Source: Candidatus Eutrophosalina marina
GTDB lineage: Bacteria > Bacteroidota > Bacteroidia > Flavobacteriales > Flavobacteriaceae
Direction: 5' to 3'
DNA: 64,000 bases
NCBI GenBank assembly: GCA_038147175.1
Contig: JAYQTD010000002.1
Coordinates: 814,570-878,569 of the forward strand
Translations under genes and position numbers: made by a program
Notes under the pieces: generated by a model
What the model was told of the DNA's origin: nothing
Database searches by the model: none
Seen by the model: only the letters and a program-made list of their open reading frames with translations
Part shown: piece after piece, positions 9,148 to 17,823 of the stretch
How positions within the stretch are numbered: position 1 is the stretch's first letter
How the letters are laid out: the number at the start of each line of letters is the position of its first letter

Positions 9148-12100
9148 TATCAATTCTAGTTTCAACTAGATTAACAGCATTTCTCTTTATTTCATTTTCA
9201 TTAGCAATGGCTGTGGGAACTTTCATTGAAAGTTTTTATGGAACAGACGCATCTAAAATTTTAGTTTATAACGCTATTTGGTTTGAAATAATGATGATTT
9301 TGTTTGTTGTAAACTTTGCATATAACATTAAAAGATATAGCCTTCTTAAAAAAGAAAAAATAGCAGTATTACTTCTACATATTTCTTGGATACTCATAAT
9401 AGTTGGTGCTGGAATAACTAGATATATTGGATACGAAGGTATAATGCCAATAAGAGAAGGAGCTAATTCAAATCAATTCTTATCATCCGATACTTACGTT
9501 ACTGTTTTGGTGGATGGTGAAATGAATGGTCAACCACAAAGAAAAAAGCTTGAAAAAAAGGTTTTACTCTCTGAAGCGACTGATTTTAATAATAGTTTTA
9601 CAATCAAGAATGACTTTAATAATCAAAAATTTAAAGTTGAATACTTAGATTTTATTGAAAATGTTGAATATAAAGTTGTAGAAGGAGAGAGTGATAAAAA
9701 GTTTCTAAAACTGGTAGAAGCTTCGAGTGGAGATCGTCATGACCATTATCTTGAAGATGGAGAAGTTACCAATATACATGGTGTGCTTTTTTCTTTAAAT
9801 AATAAGATTGATGGTGCTATAAATATAACATCTGATGGATATGATCTTTACATTGAATCTTCATTTAATGGATCATTTATGAGAATGATTGATCAATTTA
9901 ATGGTCGAGTTGAAAAAGATATTCAAGATGAATTACAATACAGGAGTCTTTACAATGTTGCAGGATTACAATTTGTTTTTCCAGAACCAATTATAAATGG
10001 TGAGTATCAGTTAGTTAAAAATGAAGAAGATGAAACAAATCAAAATTTACTAAAATTAAAAGTATCATCTAATGGTGAAGAATCTATTATTGAACTTGCA
10101 GGTGGTAAAGGAATTGCAGATCAATATCAAACAGTCTCATTGGCTGGACTTGATTTTTCTTTAAAGTATGGATCTCTTCTTTATGAATTACCTTTCTACA
10201 TTAAATTAAATGATTTTATAGCCGAAAAATATCCTGGTACTGAAAAAAGTTACAGTAGTTTTATGAGTAGAGTTACTGTTGATAGTGATAATACTTTTGA
10301 TTATGATATCTACATGAATCACATTCTTAATCACAAAGGATATAGATTTTTTCAAGCTTCATTTGATCCTGATGAAAAAGGTACAATTCTGTCAGTAAAT
10401 AAAGATTTTTTTGGAACTCTAATTACTTACATAGGCTATATATTACTTTACATTGGTTTAGTTGCAATAATGTTTTATGGGAAAACTAGATTTAAAGATT
10501 TATCTGTAAGGCTTGATAAACTAAAATCAAAGAGAGTAAATCTATCCATTATCTTTTTGTTTTTTTCAACTGCAATAACAGCACAGGCAGATTATACTCA
10601 CGATGGAGATAATTTTTCTATGGATCCAACAGTGAAGAATTATGTAGTTGATTTGGAACATGCAAATAAATTTGGTGAAATTGTTATTCAAGATTCTGGA
10701 GGAAGGATGAAGCCATTAAATACTTTTTCTTCAGAACTTTTAAGAAAAGTAAGTAAATCAGATACTTACAATGATTTAAACTCTGATCAAGTTTTTTTAT
10801 CCATACTTAGAAATCCCCTTGCATGGTATTCTGAACCTATAATTTACTTAAAAAGAGGAAATGACAGTATTAGAAATATTATTGGTGTTGATAAAGAAAG
10901 TAAATATGCAGCATTTATTAATTTCTTTGATGATAGAGGTAATTATAAGTTATCTACTTACTTAGAAAAAGCCTACAAATCATCTTTGCCAAATCAGTTT
11001 GAAAAAGATTTTATAGATACTGATAGAAAAGTAAATCTATTTTTTTCTGCTCTAGAAGGTGAAATTCTAAAAATTTTTCCTGTCCCAAATGATGAAAATA
11101 ATAAGTGGATTTCTCAATCCGAAGTTAAAGATTACAACTATCAAAATGTTGATTCTTTGTTTGTGAATAATATTGTTCCATTATATCTAAAAGAATTAGA
11201 TAATGGTGTTAGTTCTAATGATTATGCAAATGCTGAAAGAATTCTTGAAAGTATTAAAGGTTTCCAATTAAAATATGGAGGTGAAGTAGTACCTAGTGAA
11301 GATAGAATTAAAGCAGAAGTTCTATACAATAAATACGATATTTTTAAGAGACTGTTTCTTTATTATTTTCTAGCTGGTTTAGTGTATTTTGTATTTATAA
11401 TTTTACAAATATTTAACTCAAATAAAAAAATTAATAACATCTTTAATTACATCTTTAAAGGGTTTAAGATTATAATTTTTGGTTTATTTATTTTACATAC
11501 AATTGGCTTAATTGCACGAGGATATGTTTCAGGACATGCGCCTTGGAGTGATGCTTACGAATCAATGATTTATGTAGCCTGGGCTACTATGGGTATTGGA
11601 CTCTTATTTGCTAAAAAATCTGATTTAACTTTAGCTTCAACTTCATTTGTTGCATCGATGATTTTAATGATTGCACATTGGAATTGGATGGATCCTTCAA
11701 TTGCTAATTTAGTTCCAGTACTTGATAGTTATTGGTTAATGATACATGTTTCGATTATTGTTGGAAGTTACGGTCCATTTGCTTTAGGAATGATATTAGG
11801 TATTGTTTCTCTATTCTTGATGATTTTGTCTACATCCAAAAATTCAAAAGTAATTAAGCATAAACTTTCCGAACTAACCATAATTAACGAACTGGCTCTT
11901 ACTATTGGATTAGTTATGTTAACAATAGGTAACTTCCTTGGTGGAATGTGGGCCAATGAAAGCTGGGGTCGTTATTGGGGATGGGACCCTAAAGAAACAT
12001 GGGCATTGATAAGTATTTTAGTTTATGCCTTTGTTCTTCATATGAGATTAATTCCAAAAATGAGAGGAACTTGGCTATTTAACTTAATGTCAATTATAGC

Positions 12101-12275
12101 TTTTGCAAGTATAGTTATGACATACTTCGGTGTAAACTTCTATCTAGTTGGTCTTCACTCATATGCCAGTGGTGATAAAGTAATTACGCCAGATTTTGTT
12201 TACTACAGTATTGTATTCGTATTAATTCTGGGTATAATCTCAAAGTGGAGATACAACAAATTCCTCAGTAAATAA
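9132..12275 (+). CDS. ccsA: Cytochrome c biogenesis system II fusion protein (ResB/CcsB + CcsA)
   Basis: 1047-aa ORF with a GTG start. It has an N-terminal ResB-like TM plus a large periplasmic domain. The C-terminal polytopic CcsA part carries the Trp-rich heme-handling motif WGRYWGWDPKETWAL. Confidence 0.85.
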   Translation: MVKKLISILVSTRLTAFLFISFSLAMAVGTFIESFYGTDASKILVYNAIWFEIMMILFVVNFAYNIKRYSLLKKEKIAVLLLHISWILIIVGAGITRYIGYEGIMPIREGANSNQFLSSDTYVTVLVDGEMNGQPQRKKLEKKVLLSEATDFNNSFTIKNDFNNQKFKVEYLDFIENVEYKVVEGESDKKFLKLVEASSGDRHDHYLEDGEVTNIHGVLFSLNNKIDGAINITSDGYDLYIESSFNGSFMRMIDQFNGRVEKDIQDELQYRSLYNVAGLQFVFPEPIINGEYQLVKNEEDETNQNLLKLKVSSNGEESIIELAGGKGIADQYQTVSLAGLDFSLKYGSLLYELPFYIKLNDFIAEKYPGTEKSYSSFMSRVTVDSDNTFDYDIYMNHILNHKGYRFFQASFDPDEKGTILSVNKDFFGTLITYIGYILLYIGLVAIMFYGKTRFKDLSVRLDKLKSKRVNLSIIFLFFSTAITAQADYTHDGDNFSMDPTVKNYVVDLEHANKFGEIVIQDSGGRMKPLNTFSSELLRKVSKSDTYNDLNSDQVFLSILRNPLAWYSEPIIYLKRGNDSIRNIIGVDKESKYAAFINFFDDRGNYKLSTYLEKAYKSSLPNQFEKDFIDTDRKVNLFFSALEGEILKIFPVPNDENNKWISQSEVKDYNYQNVDSLFVNNIVPLYLKELDNGVSSNDYANAERILESIKGFQLKYGGEVVPSEDRIKAEVLYNKYDIFKRLFLYYFLAGLVYFVFIILQIFNSNKKINNIFNYIFKGFKIIIFGLFILHTIGLIARGYVSGHAPWSDAYESMIYVAWATMGIGLLFAKKSDLTLASTSFVASMILMIAHWNWMDPSIANLVPVLDSYWLMIHVSIIVGSYGPFALGMILGIVSLFLMILSTSKNSKVIKHKLSELTIINELALTIGLVMLTIGNFLGGMWANESWGRYWGWDPKETWALISILVYAFVLHMRLIPKMRGTWLFNLMSIIAFASIVMTYFGVNFYLVGLHSYASGDKVITPDFVYYSIVFVLILGIISKWRYNKFLSK

Positions 12276-12306
12276 AGGTATAGTTTTTGTTTTTTAAATT
12301 TGTATC

Positions 12307-12924
12307 GTGAGAAGACTCTTATTTACATTATTTCTTACACTGTTTATTAGTAACTCCTATTCTCAAGTTGAGAGTAGTAGTCGTAAAATTGATATAACTC
12401 CTCCCAAGAAATCAGTTAAAATTCCACCTGTAATTAAGAATAATCCTAATTCATTTACATTCAAGAAAATTGAAAAAAGTGAGGATAAAAAAGGTTTTAT
12501 GATTCCTGATAAAGAATATTATTTGAATCCTGGAGATACTTATTTAAAAAGATTGAATAAGGAAAAAGAAAAAAATCCAAATAATTATACAGGTGATGCA
12601 TATTTAGGTGATGTTAAGACAATTTCTGATACTGCTAATATTGTCTGTAGAGATTTTGAATATGTAGACGGTGATCGTGTATCTATTCTTGTAAATGATG
12701 AGGTTATTGTTCAAAATTTAACTTTGAATTCATCATTTAGAGGAATTAATTTAAAACTTAAAGAAGGATTCAATAAAATAGACTTCATTGCATTAAATCA
12801 AGGTGAATCTGGTCCTAATACTGCTGAATTAAGAATTTATGATGATAATGATGTTTTATTATCTGCAAATCAATGGAATTTAGCAACAGGAGCAAAAGCT
12901 ACATTGATAATTGTTAAGCAATAG
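12307..12924 (+). CDS. Hypothetical secreted protein
   Basis: 205-aa ORF with a GTG start and signal peptide (FISNSYSQ), and a beta-rich C-terminal half. I do not recognise the family. Confidence 0.45.
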   Translation: MRRLLFTLFLTLFISNSYSQVESSSRKIDITPPKKSVKIPPVIKNNPNSFTFKKIEKSEDKKGFMIPDKEYYLNPGDTYLKRLNKEKEKNPNNYTGDAYLGDVKTISDTANIVCRDFEYVDGDRVSILVNDEVIVQNLTLNSSFRGINLKLKEGFNKIDFIALNQGESGPNTAELRIYDDNDVLLSANQWNLATGAKATLIIVKQ

Positions 12925-12990
12925 TTGAAAATTCCTTCACAATTCTTTTGCTATTTTTTGTAACTTATATGTAAACAATTAATCATTAAA

Positions 12991-13911
12991 ATGAAAAAAG
13001 TAATTTATTTATTAAGTTTTTTATTTGTTTTTTCTCTTAACGCACAAAAAAACAAAAATGGTGTTATATACGATAAACATCCTGGAATTGATTTAATAAC
13101 TGCTTTTCATAGTGCTCAAGCAACTGGCGACTTAGAAAAAGCTGCTGAAATTCTTCATGATGATATGCAATGGGTCGATGGAAACAATAATGAGACAGTT
13201 TGGGGTGGCAAACAAAGAGTGCTAAACAACATCAACTGGTTTAAAAATTATTTTGATTATGTTTCCTTTAATGACACTGAAGGTGCATATCCTGATTATG
13301 TAGAAACTAAAAGATCAGGTAATTGGGTGTATTCATGGTTCAATGTGTATGGTATTCATAAAAATACTGGAGTTAAGTTAGATCATCCTGTTCTAAGACT
13401 TTATGCTCTCAATAAAGACAATTCTAAAATACTTAGGATTATAGAGTATAGTAATAAAATAGAGTTCAATAGAATTTGGGATGCTAGACCTCAAACCTCT
13501 AGAGAAAATGGAAAGATTTATATCAATCATGATAATATTAACTCTGTCAGAAAGGCTATGTATTCATTTTTTAATGGAGACATGGATAAAGCGTGGAGCT
13601 TCTTTCACGAAAATGCAACATTTGAAGATATAAATGAAACCAAAGTAATGTCAACCGAAGAAATAAAGGCCAGAGATGCTGAAATTTTTGGAAGTTGGGA
13701 TCTGGTATCATTAGACGAATCAGGATATCCGGATTATTTAGAATATGACTGGAGAGACGGTAAGGTTGTTCAATCTTGGTGGAATATGAAGTTTAGTAGA
13801 AAAAGTGATAAAAAAACTGTTGATGTTAAAGTGTTATTTTTAGATGATTTTGACAATGAAGGTAAAATCATTAAGAGGTATCTTTATTGGAATAAATCTT
13901 TACTGAATTAA
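12991..13911 (+). CDS. Secreted protein with two tandem NTF2/SnoaL-like domains
   Basis: 306-aa ORF with a signal peptide. An internal duplication is visible: GAYPDYVETKRSGNWVYSWFNVYG... versus SGYPDYLEYDWRDGKVVQSWWNMKF..., each preceded by an x-GD(L/M)(E/D)KA helix typical of SnoaL-like folds. Confidence 0.5.
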   Translation: MKKVIYLLSFLFVFSLNAQKNKNGVIYDKHPGIDLITAFHSAQATGDLEKAAEILHDDMQWVDGNNNETVWGGKQRVLNNINWFKNYFDYVSFNDTEGAYPDYVETKRSGNWVYSWFNVYGIHKNTGVKLDHPVLRLYALNKDNSKILRIIEYSNKIEFNRIWDARPQTSRENGKIYINHDNINSVRKAMYSFFNGDMDKAWSFFHENATFEDINETKVMSTEEIKARDAEIFGSWDLVSLDESGYPDYLEYDWRDGKVVQSWWNMKFSRKSDKKTVDVKVLFLDDFDNEGKIIKRYLYWNKSLLN

Positions 13912-13931
13912 TAGTTTGTAATATTTAAAAT

Positions 13932-13956
13932 AAAAACCCGCTCAGCGGGTTTTTTT
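13932..13956. terminator. Bidirectional rho-independent terminator
   Basis: AAAAACCCGC-TCA-GCGGGTTTTTTT hairpin between convergent genes. It has A-run and T-run flanks and overlaps the stop codon of the minus-strand gene. Confidence 0.8.
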
Positions 13957-14932
13957 ATTTAAAGTTTTGTAATAATTGAGATTGTTCTTGAATTGAATCA
14001 ATAAACTCTGATTTTAAATCTGATATTAGGTCACTAACAGCAGGACAATCTTTAATGCTTGTTACACCTTGACCAGCTGACCAAATAGTTTTCCAAGCTT
14101 TTGCTTCAGCTTTTGCGGCATCCAATTCTTCTCCAAAGTTTATTTTTTTTGTTTTGTTCCAATCATCTTCAGTGATTCCCATTGCTTCAAGACTTTGTTT
14201 GATGAAGTTTGCTTTTACACCAGAAACAACTGCTGTATAAATTATATCATCTGCAGTTGAGTTTATAATCATGTTTTTATAATTTTCATCAGCTAAACTC
14301 TCCTTTGTATTAATAAATCTAGTTCCCATGTAAGCTAAATCTGCACCCATTTGCAATGCTGAAGCTATATCTCTACCGTTACTAATGCAACCAGAAAGTA
14401 AAATTGTTTTTTTAAAGAAAGTTCTTATTTCAGAAATAAGTGAGATAGGATTGAGTGTTCCACCATGTCCACCAGCTCCAGCTGAAACTAGAATCAAACC
14501 ATCAACCCCAGCTTCCATAGCTTTTTCTGCATGTCTTTTTTTAATAATATCATGATATACTAGACCACCATATGAATGAATGGCTCCAACTAATTGAGAT
14601 ACAGCACCAAGAGAAGTTATAATTAGAGGAACTTTATGTTTAACGCAAACCTTAAGATCTGCCTTTATTCTGGGATTAGTATTGTGAACGATAAGATTTA
14701 CTCCAAATGGAGCAGCTTTTTTTCCAGTTTCTTTTTCAAACTCTTCAAGCTCAGTTTTAATCTGTATGACCCATTCTTCAAAACCTTCAGTTGTTCTTTG
14801 ATTTAATGCTGGAAAAGTTCCAACAATTCCATTCTTGCAACATTCAATAACTAGTCTTGGACCTGAAATAAGAAACATTGGAGCTGCTACTGCAGGTAGA
14901 CTTAGGTCGTTGAAGAATTCTGGTTTACTCAT
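13955..14932 (-). CDS. Nitronate monooxygenase family (NMO / FabK-like FMN oxidoreductase)
   Basis: 325-aa ORF with TIM-barrel FMN-enzyme blocks PMFLISGP, LVSAGAGGHGG and YMGTRF, typical of the 2-nitropropane dioxygenase/NMO family. Confidence 0.8.
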   Translation of the reverse strand: MSKPEFFNDLSLPAVAAPMFLISGPRLVIECCKNGIVGTFPALNQRTTEGFEEWVIQIKTELEEFEKETGKKAAPFGVNLIVHNTNPRIKADLKVCVKHKVPLIITSLGAVSQLVGAIHSYGGLVYHDIIKKRHAEKAMEAGVDGLILVSAGAGGHGGTLNPISLISEIRTFFKKTILLSGCISNGRDIASALQMGADLAYMGTRFINTKESLADENYKNMIINSTADDIIYTAVVSGVKANFIKQSLEAMGITEDDWNKTKKINFGEELDAAKAEAKAWKTIWSAGQGVTSIKDCPAVSDLISDLKSEFIDSIQEQSQLLQNFK

Positions 14933-14953
14933 GATTATAACTTTAAAACTAAT

Positions 14954-15385
14954 TTACCTTTTTTTTTCATCATCATATAATTTCATTAAAACATTATGAA
15001 AGTTATGTATTCCTTCATAGCACGAATCCTCATTCCATGAATATGAATTTTTATCAACTTTATTAAATATTTTTTCATTTGTTATACAATAGTCTTGTAC
15101 GCCACCATCTCCAATTACGACATCATTTTTAACATAGTTTACATTTTTAGATTCTAAAACTTTTCCAAAGGTTATAGCAAACATGACTTTATCTAAAATT
15201 TTTGATGATTCTTTATTTAAATATTCTAAGGTTCTATCATCTAAGAAAATAAATTCATTCTTGACAATAAATTCATTTTCTTTTAGCTGAAGGTCAAAGT
15301 TTTCTTCACTCATCATCCACATTTCTCTTGAGGGATAAGTTTTTGGAATCTGTATTATTCTTACAGTTCTATTATTTATTTCCAT
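14954..15385 (-). CDS. Stand-alone N-terminal (GroES-like) domain of an MDR NADP-dependent oxidoreductase; probably a truncated remnant
   Basis: 143 aa. It aligns by eye to the N-terminal domain of YncB/PTGR1-type enone reductases (FIVKNEFIFLD..., FGKVLESKNVNYVKNDVVIGDGGVQDYCI). The Rossmann domain is absent. Confidence 0.4.
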   Translation of the reverse strand: MEINNRTVRIIQIPKTYPSREMWMMSEENFDLQLKENEFIVKNEFIFLDDRTLEYLNKESSKILDKVMFAITFGKVLESKNVNYVKNDVVIGDGGVQDYCITNEKIFNKVDKNSYSWNEDSCYEGIHNFHNVLMKLYDDEKKR

Positions 15386-16143
15386 TTGGGATCTCTTTTT
15401 TCAATAAAAGCTTTTATCCCTTCTTTAGCATCATCAGATTCTTTTAATAAATCTAATTCTTTATTTAGGTAAGCGATTGTATCATTATTATGGTATAATT
15501 TGTTAAATACCTTAATTCCTGAATTTATAGCATTTGGTGATCCTTGATTAATAGAATTTTTCCATTCTCTAATTTGTAACTCAATGTCATCGGTTATGAT
15601 ATCTATTAGGTTGTATTTCTTTGCTTCTTCTGAGTTAAAAGTAGAGGCATGTACACATAACTTTAAAGCTATTTTTGGAGGCATAACCATTGAGAAAGAG
15701 TGCATTATTTGATATGGAAATAGACCTCTTTTAGTTTCAGTGAGAGAAAAAATTAAGTCTTTTTTTGCTATTATGAAATCACTACAAGATAAAAACAATA
15801 AACCACCACCGTAAACATTTCCTTCAATAACAGCTAGTTTTGGTTTTTCTAGTTTATTAAAAACATCACCTAAAAAAATATCTTCATTAGTTTTTAAATT
15901 TTTTAAATCAAGACCAGCACAAAATGTATCTCCAGAAGACTTATAAATAACGCCTCTTATTTCTTTTTTAGTATTTGCATAATCGGTGCAAACAGCTAGT
16001 TCTTTTATCATTTCTGTACTAAGTGCATTCTTTTTCTCGTTTCTGTTTAAGGTGATTTCTAAAAAATTATCTACGATATTAACTAATGTAAATTTGTTTA
16101 AACTGAAATCGTAATTTTCTATGTATTCTTCTTTAAAAAACAT
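15376..16143 (-). CDS. Enoyl-CoA hydratase/isomerase family (possibly methylglutaconyl-CoA hydratase)
   Basis: 255-aa crotonase-fold ORF with FCAGLDL, EGNVYGGG and a KEGIKAFIEKR C-terminal helix. It is adjacent to a methylcrotonoyl-CoA carboxylase beta-like gene. Confidence 0.8.
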   Translation of the reverse strand: MFFKEEYIENYDFSLNKFTLVNIVDNFLEITLNRNEKKNALSTEMIKELAVCTDYANTKKEIRGVIYKSSGDTFCAGLDLKNLKTNEDIFLGDVFNKLEKPKLAVIEGNVYGGGLLFLSCSDFIIAKKDLIFSLTETKRGLFPYQIMHSFSMVMPPKIALKLCVHASTFNSEEAKKYNLIDIITDDIELQIREWKNSINQGSPNAINSGIKVFNKLYHNNDTIAYLNKELDLLKESDDAKEGIKAFIEKRDPKWK

Positions 16144-16145
16144 AT

Positions 16146-17743
16146 TTATATTCTAAAAGTACCATAGGATTTTGATCCATTTATTTTTTCTTTATAAATC
16201 ACTTCCAAACACAATGAAAGATATTTTCTTGTATCTCTAGGGTCAATAACTCCATCATCTAAAACTTCAGATGTTGTATGCCAAATACTAGATTTTTCTT
16301 TTGCACTGATTATTAATTCCTTTTTTTCTTTATTTAACTGTCTCTTATTTAACTTTTCATTTTTGTTTTTTGCAGCATTGATTTTTATCAATTCCATAAC
16401 TCCTGCTAATTGCTCTGCACCCATAACCCCAGATTCTACATTAGGGTATGCAAATAAAAACCTTGGATTAAATGATCTTCCGCACATTGCGTAATTACCT
16501 GCACCATAAGAATTACCAACTAAAAGTGTAATATGTGGAACTTCACTTCCAGCAACTGCATGAACCAATTGAGAGCCATGATTTAATATACCCATTTGCT
16601 CATGTCTTTTTCCAACCATAAACCCAGTGTGTTGTGTATGAAAAGAATAGGTATATTATTTTTATTAGCGAGTAGTATAAATTGTGTTGCTTTTTTTGCA
16701 GACTCACTAAAAATCACTCCATTACTTGCTATAATACCCACTTTATGGTTATTGATTTTAGCCCATCCACATTTCATTGTTATCCCGTAATTATTCTTGA
16801 ACTCTTCAAAAATAGAATTATCAACAAATCTTACGATTAGATCTCTAATATCAAATGGAGTTTTTAAATTTTCTGGAATTATTCCAAGTATTTCATCATT
16901 ATCATAAATAGGTGGGTTTACATCATCACTTGAATCAATTATCTTATCATCAATTACATTATCTACAATACTTCTCGCCATTTCTATGGCTTCTTTTTCA
17001 TCATTTGCTAAAAAATCAGAAACACCGGAAAGGTTACTATGCATTTTAGCTCCACCCAATTCCTCATCAGATGATTCCTCACCAGTAGCCATTTTCACAA
17101 GAGGAGGACCGGCTAAAAAAACTTTTGCTTGATCCTTCTGCATAATATTGAAATCAGACATTCCAGGAACATAAGCACCTCCAGCTGTTGCATTTCCAAA
17201 TACAATAGAAATAGTCATGATGCCTTTTTTTGATCTTCTTGACATATCATAAAACATTTTACCATAATTGGTAAATACTTTATCTTGATCAGGAAGGTTG
17301 GCACCTCCACTTTCAACTAGATTAATCAAGGTAAGTTTATTTTCCTCTGCAATTTGACCTATTCTTAAATTCTTTAGACTTGTAGCATAATCAACTGCAC
17401 CACCTTTTTTAGTTCCAATATTTGAATTAATAAGACATAATTTATTTGAAACAAAACCAAGTATGCAAGATGTAGTACCACCTGGACCAAAACCATTTTC
17501 ATGCTTCATACCAGCTAAAGGCATTAATTCTAAGTATGGAGAGTCTTTATCAAGAATAAGATTTAATTTTTCTGAACTCAAAGATTTACCTCTTTGTTTA
17601 GCTTTTATCAGTGCTCCTGGAGATCCAGCACTTTTAGATAATTTCAAAAATCCATTTAACTTTTTAACAAGTTTTAACATAGCCTTCTTATTATTTTTGA
17701 AAGAAGCACTTCTGTTGTTTATTGTGGATTTAAATTTCTTCAT
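16146..17743 (-). pseudogene. Acyl-CoA carboxylase carboxyltransferase subunit (methylcrotonoyl-CoA carboxylase beta-like), frame-disrupted
   Basis: The 386-aa and 157-aa ORFs are the N and C parts of one carboxyltransferase of about 540 aa. The frames meet in a CA-rich tract at about 16626-16640. Adding one nt gives ...PILFIHNTTGFMVGKRHEQMGILNHGSQ..., the conserved TGFMVG block. Confidence 0.85.
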
Positions 17744-17823
17744 TTAAGATAGACTAAGATAAATATTCTTATCAACTATAATGCTAATATTATATTTTAA
17801 AAAAAAACTATATTTAGTTAATT

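Noticed and set aside
12295-12302. TAAATTTG box upstream of the 12307 gene as a promoter
   Set aside because: It lies only 4 nt from the sole possible start codon (GTG at 12307), so a transcript initiating downstream of the box would miss the start. By rough estimate, TAnnTTTG occurs by chance about once per 1-2 kb in DNA this AT-rich.
17463-17747. 94-aa plus-strand ORF. Similar antisense ORFs occur at 2059-2289, 5717-5914, 6956-7144, 11768-11956, 16596-16790, 19218-19442, 19564-19767, 23184-23366, 24408-24629, 24713-24979, 26544-26762, 28738-28920, 29603-29830, 33799-33999, 35470-35691, 36576-36890, 40899-41138, 43691-43900, 44523-44723, 44796-44999, 46329-46589, 47258-47599, 47618-47812, 51808-52101, 53633-53815, 55896-56105, 59054-59260, 60105-60392, 60737-60937, 60937-61119, 61522-61719 and 61901-62113.
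   Set aside because: All are embedded in, and mostly antisense or out of frame to, longer ORFs with clear family signatures. None has a recognisable motif of its own.
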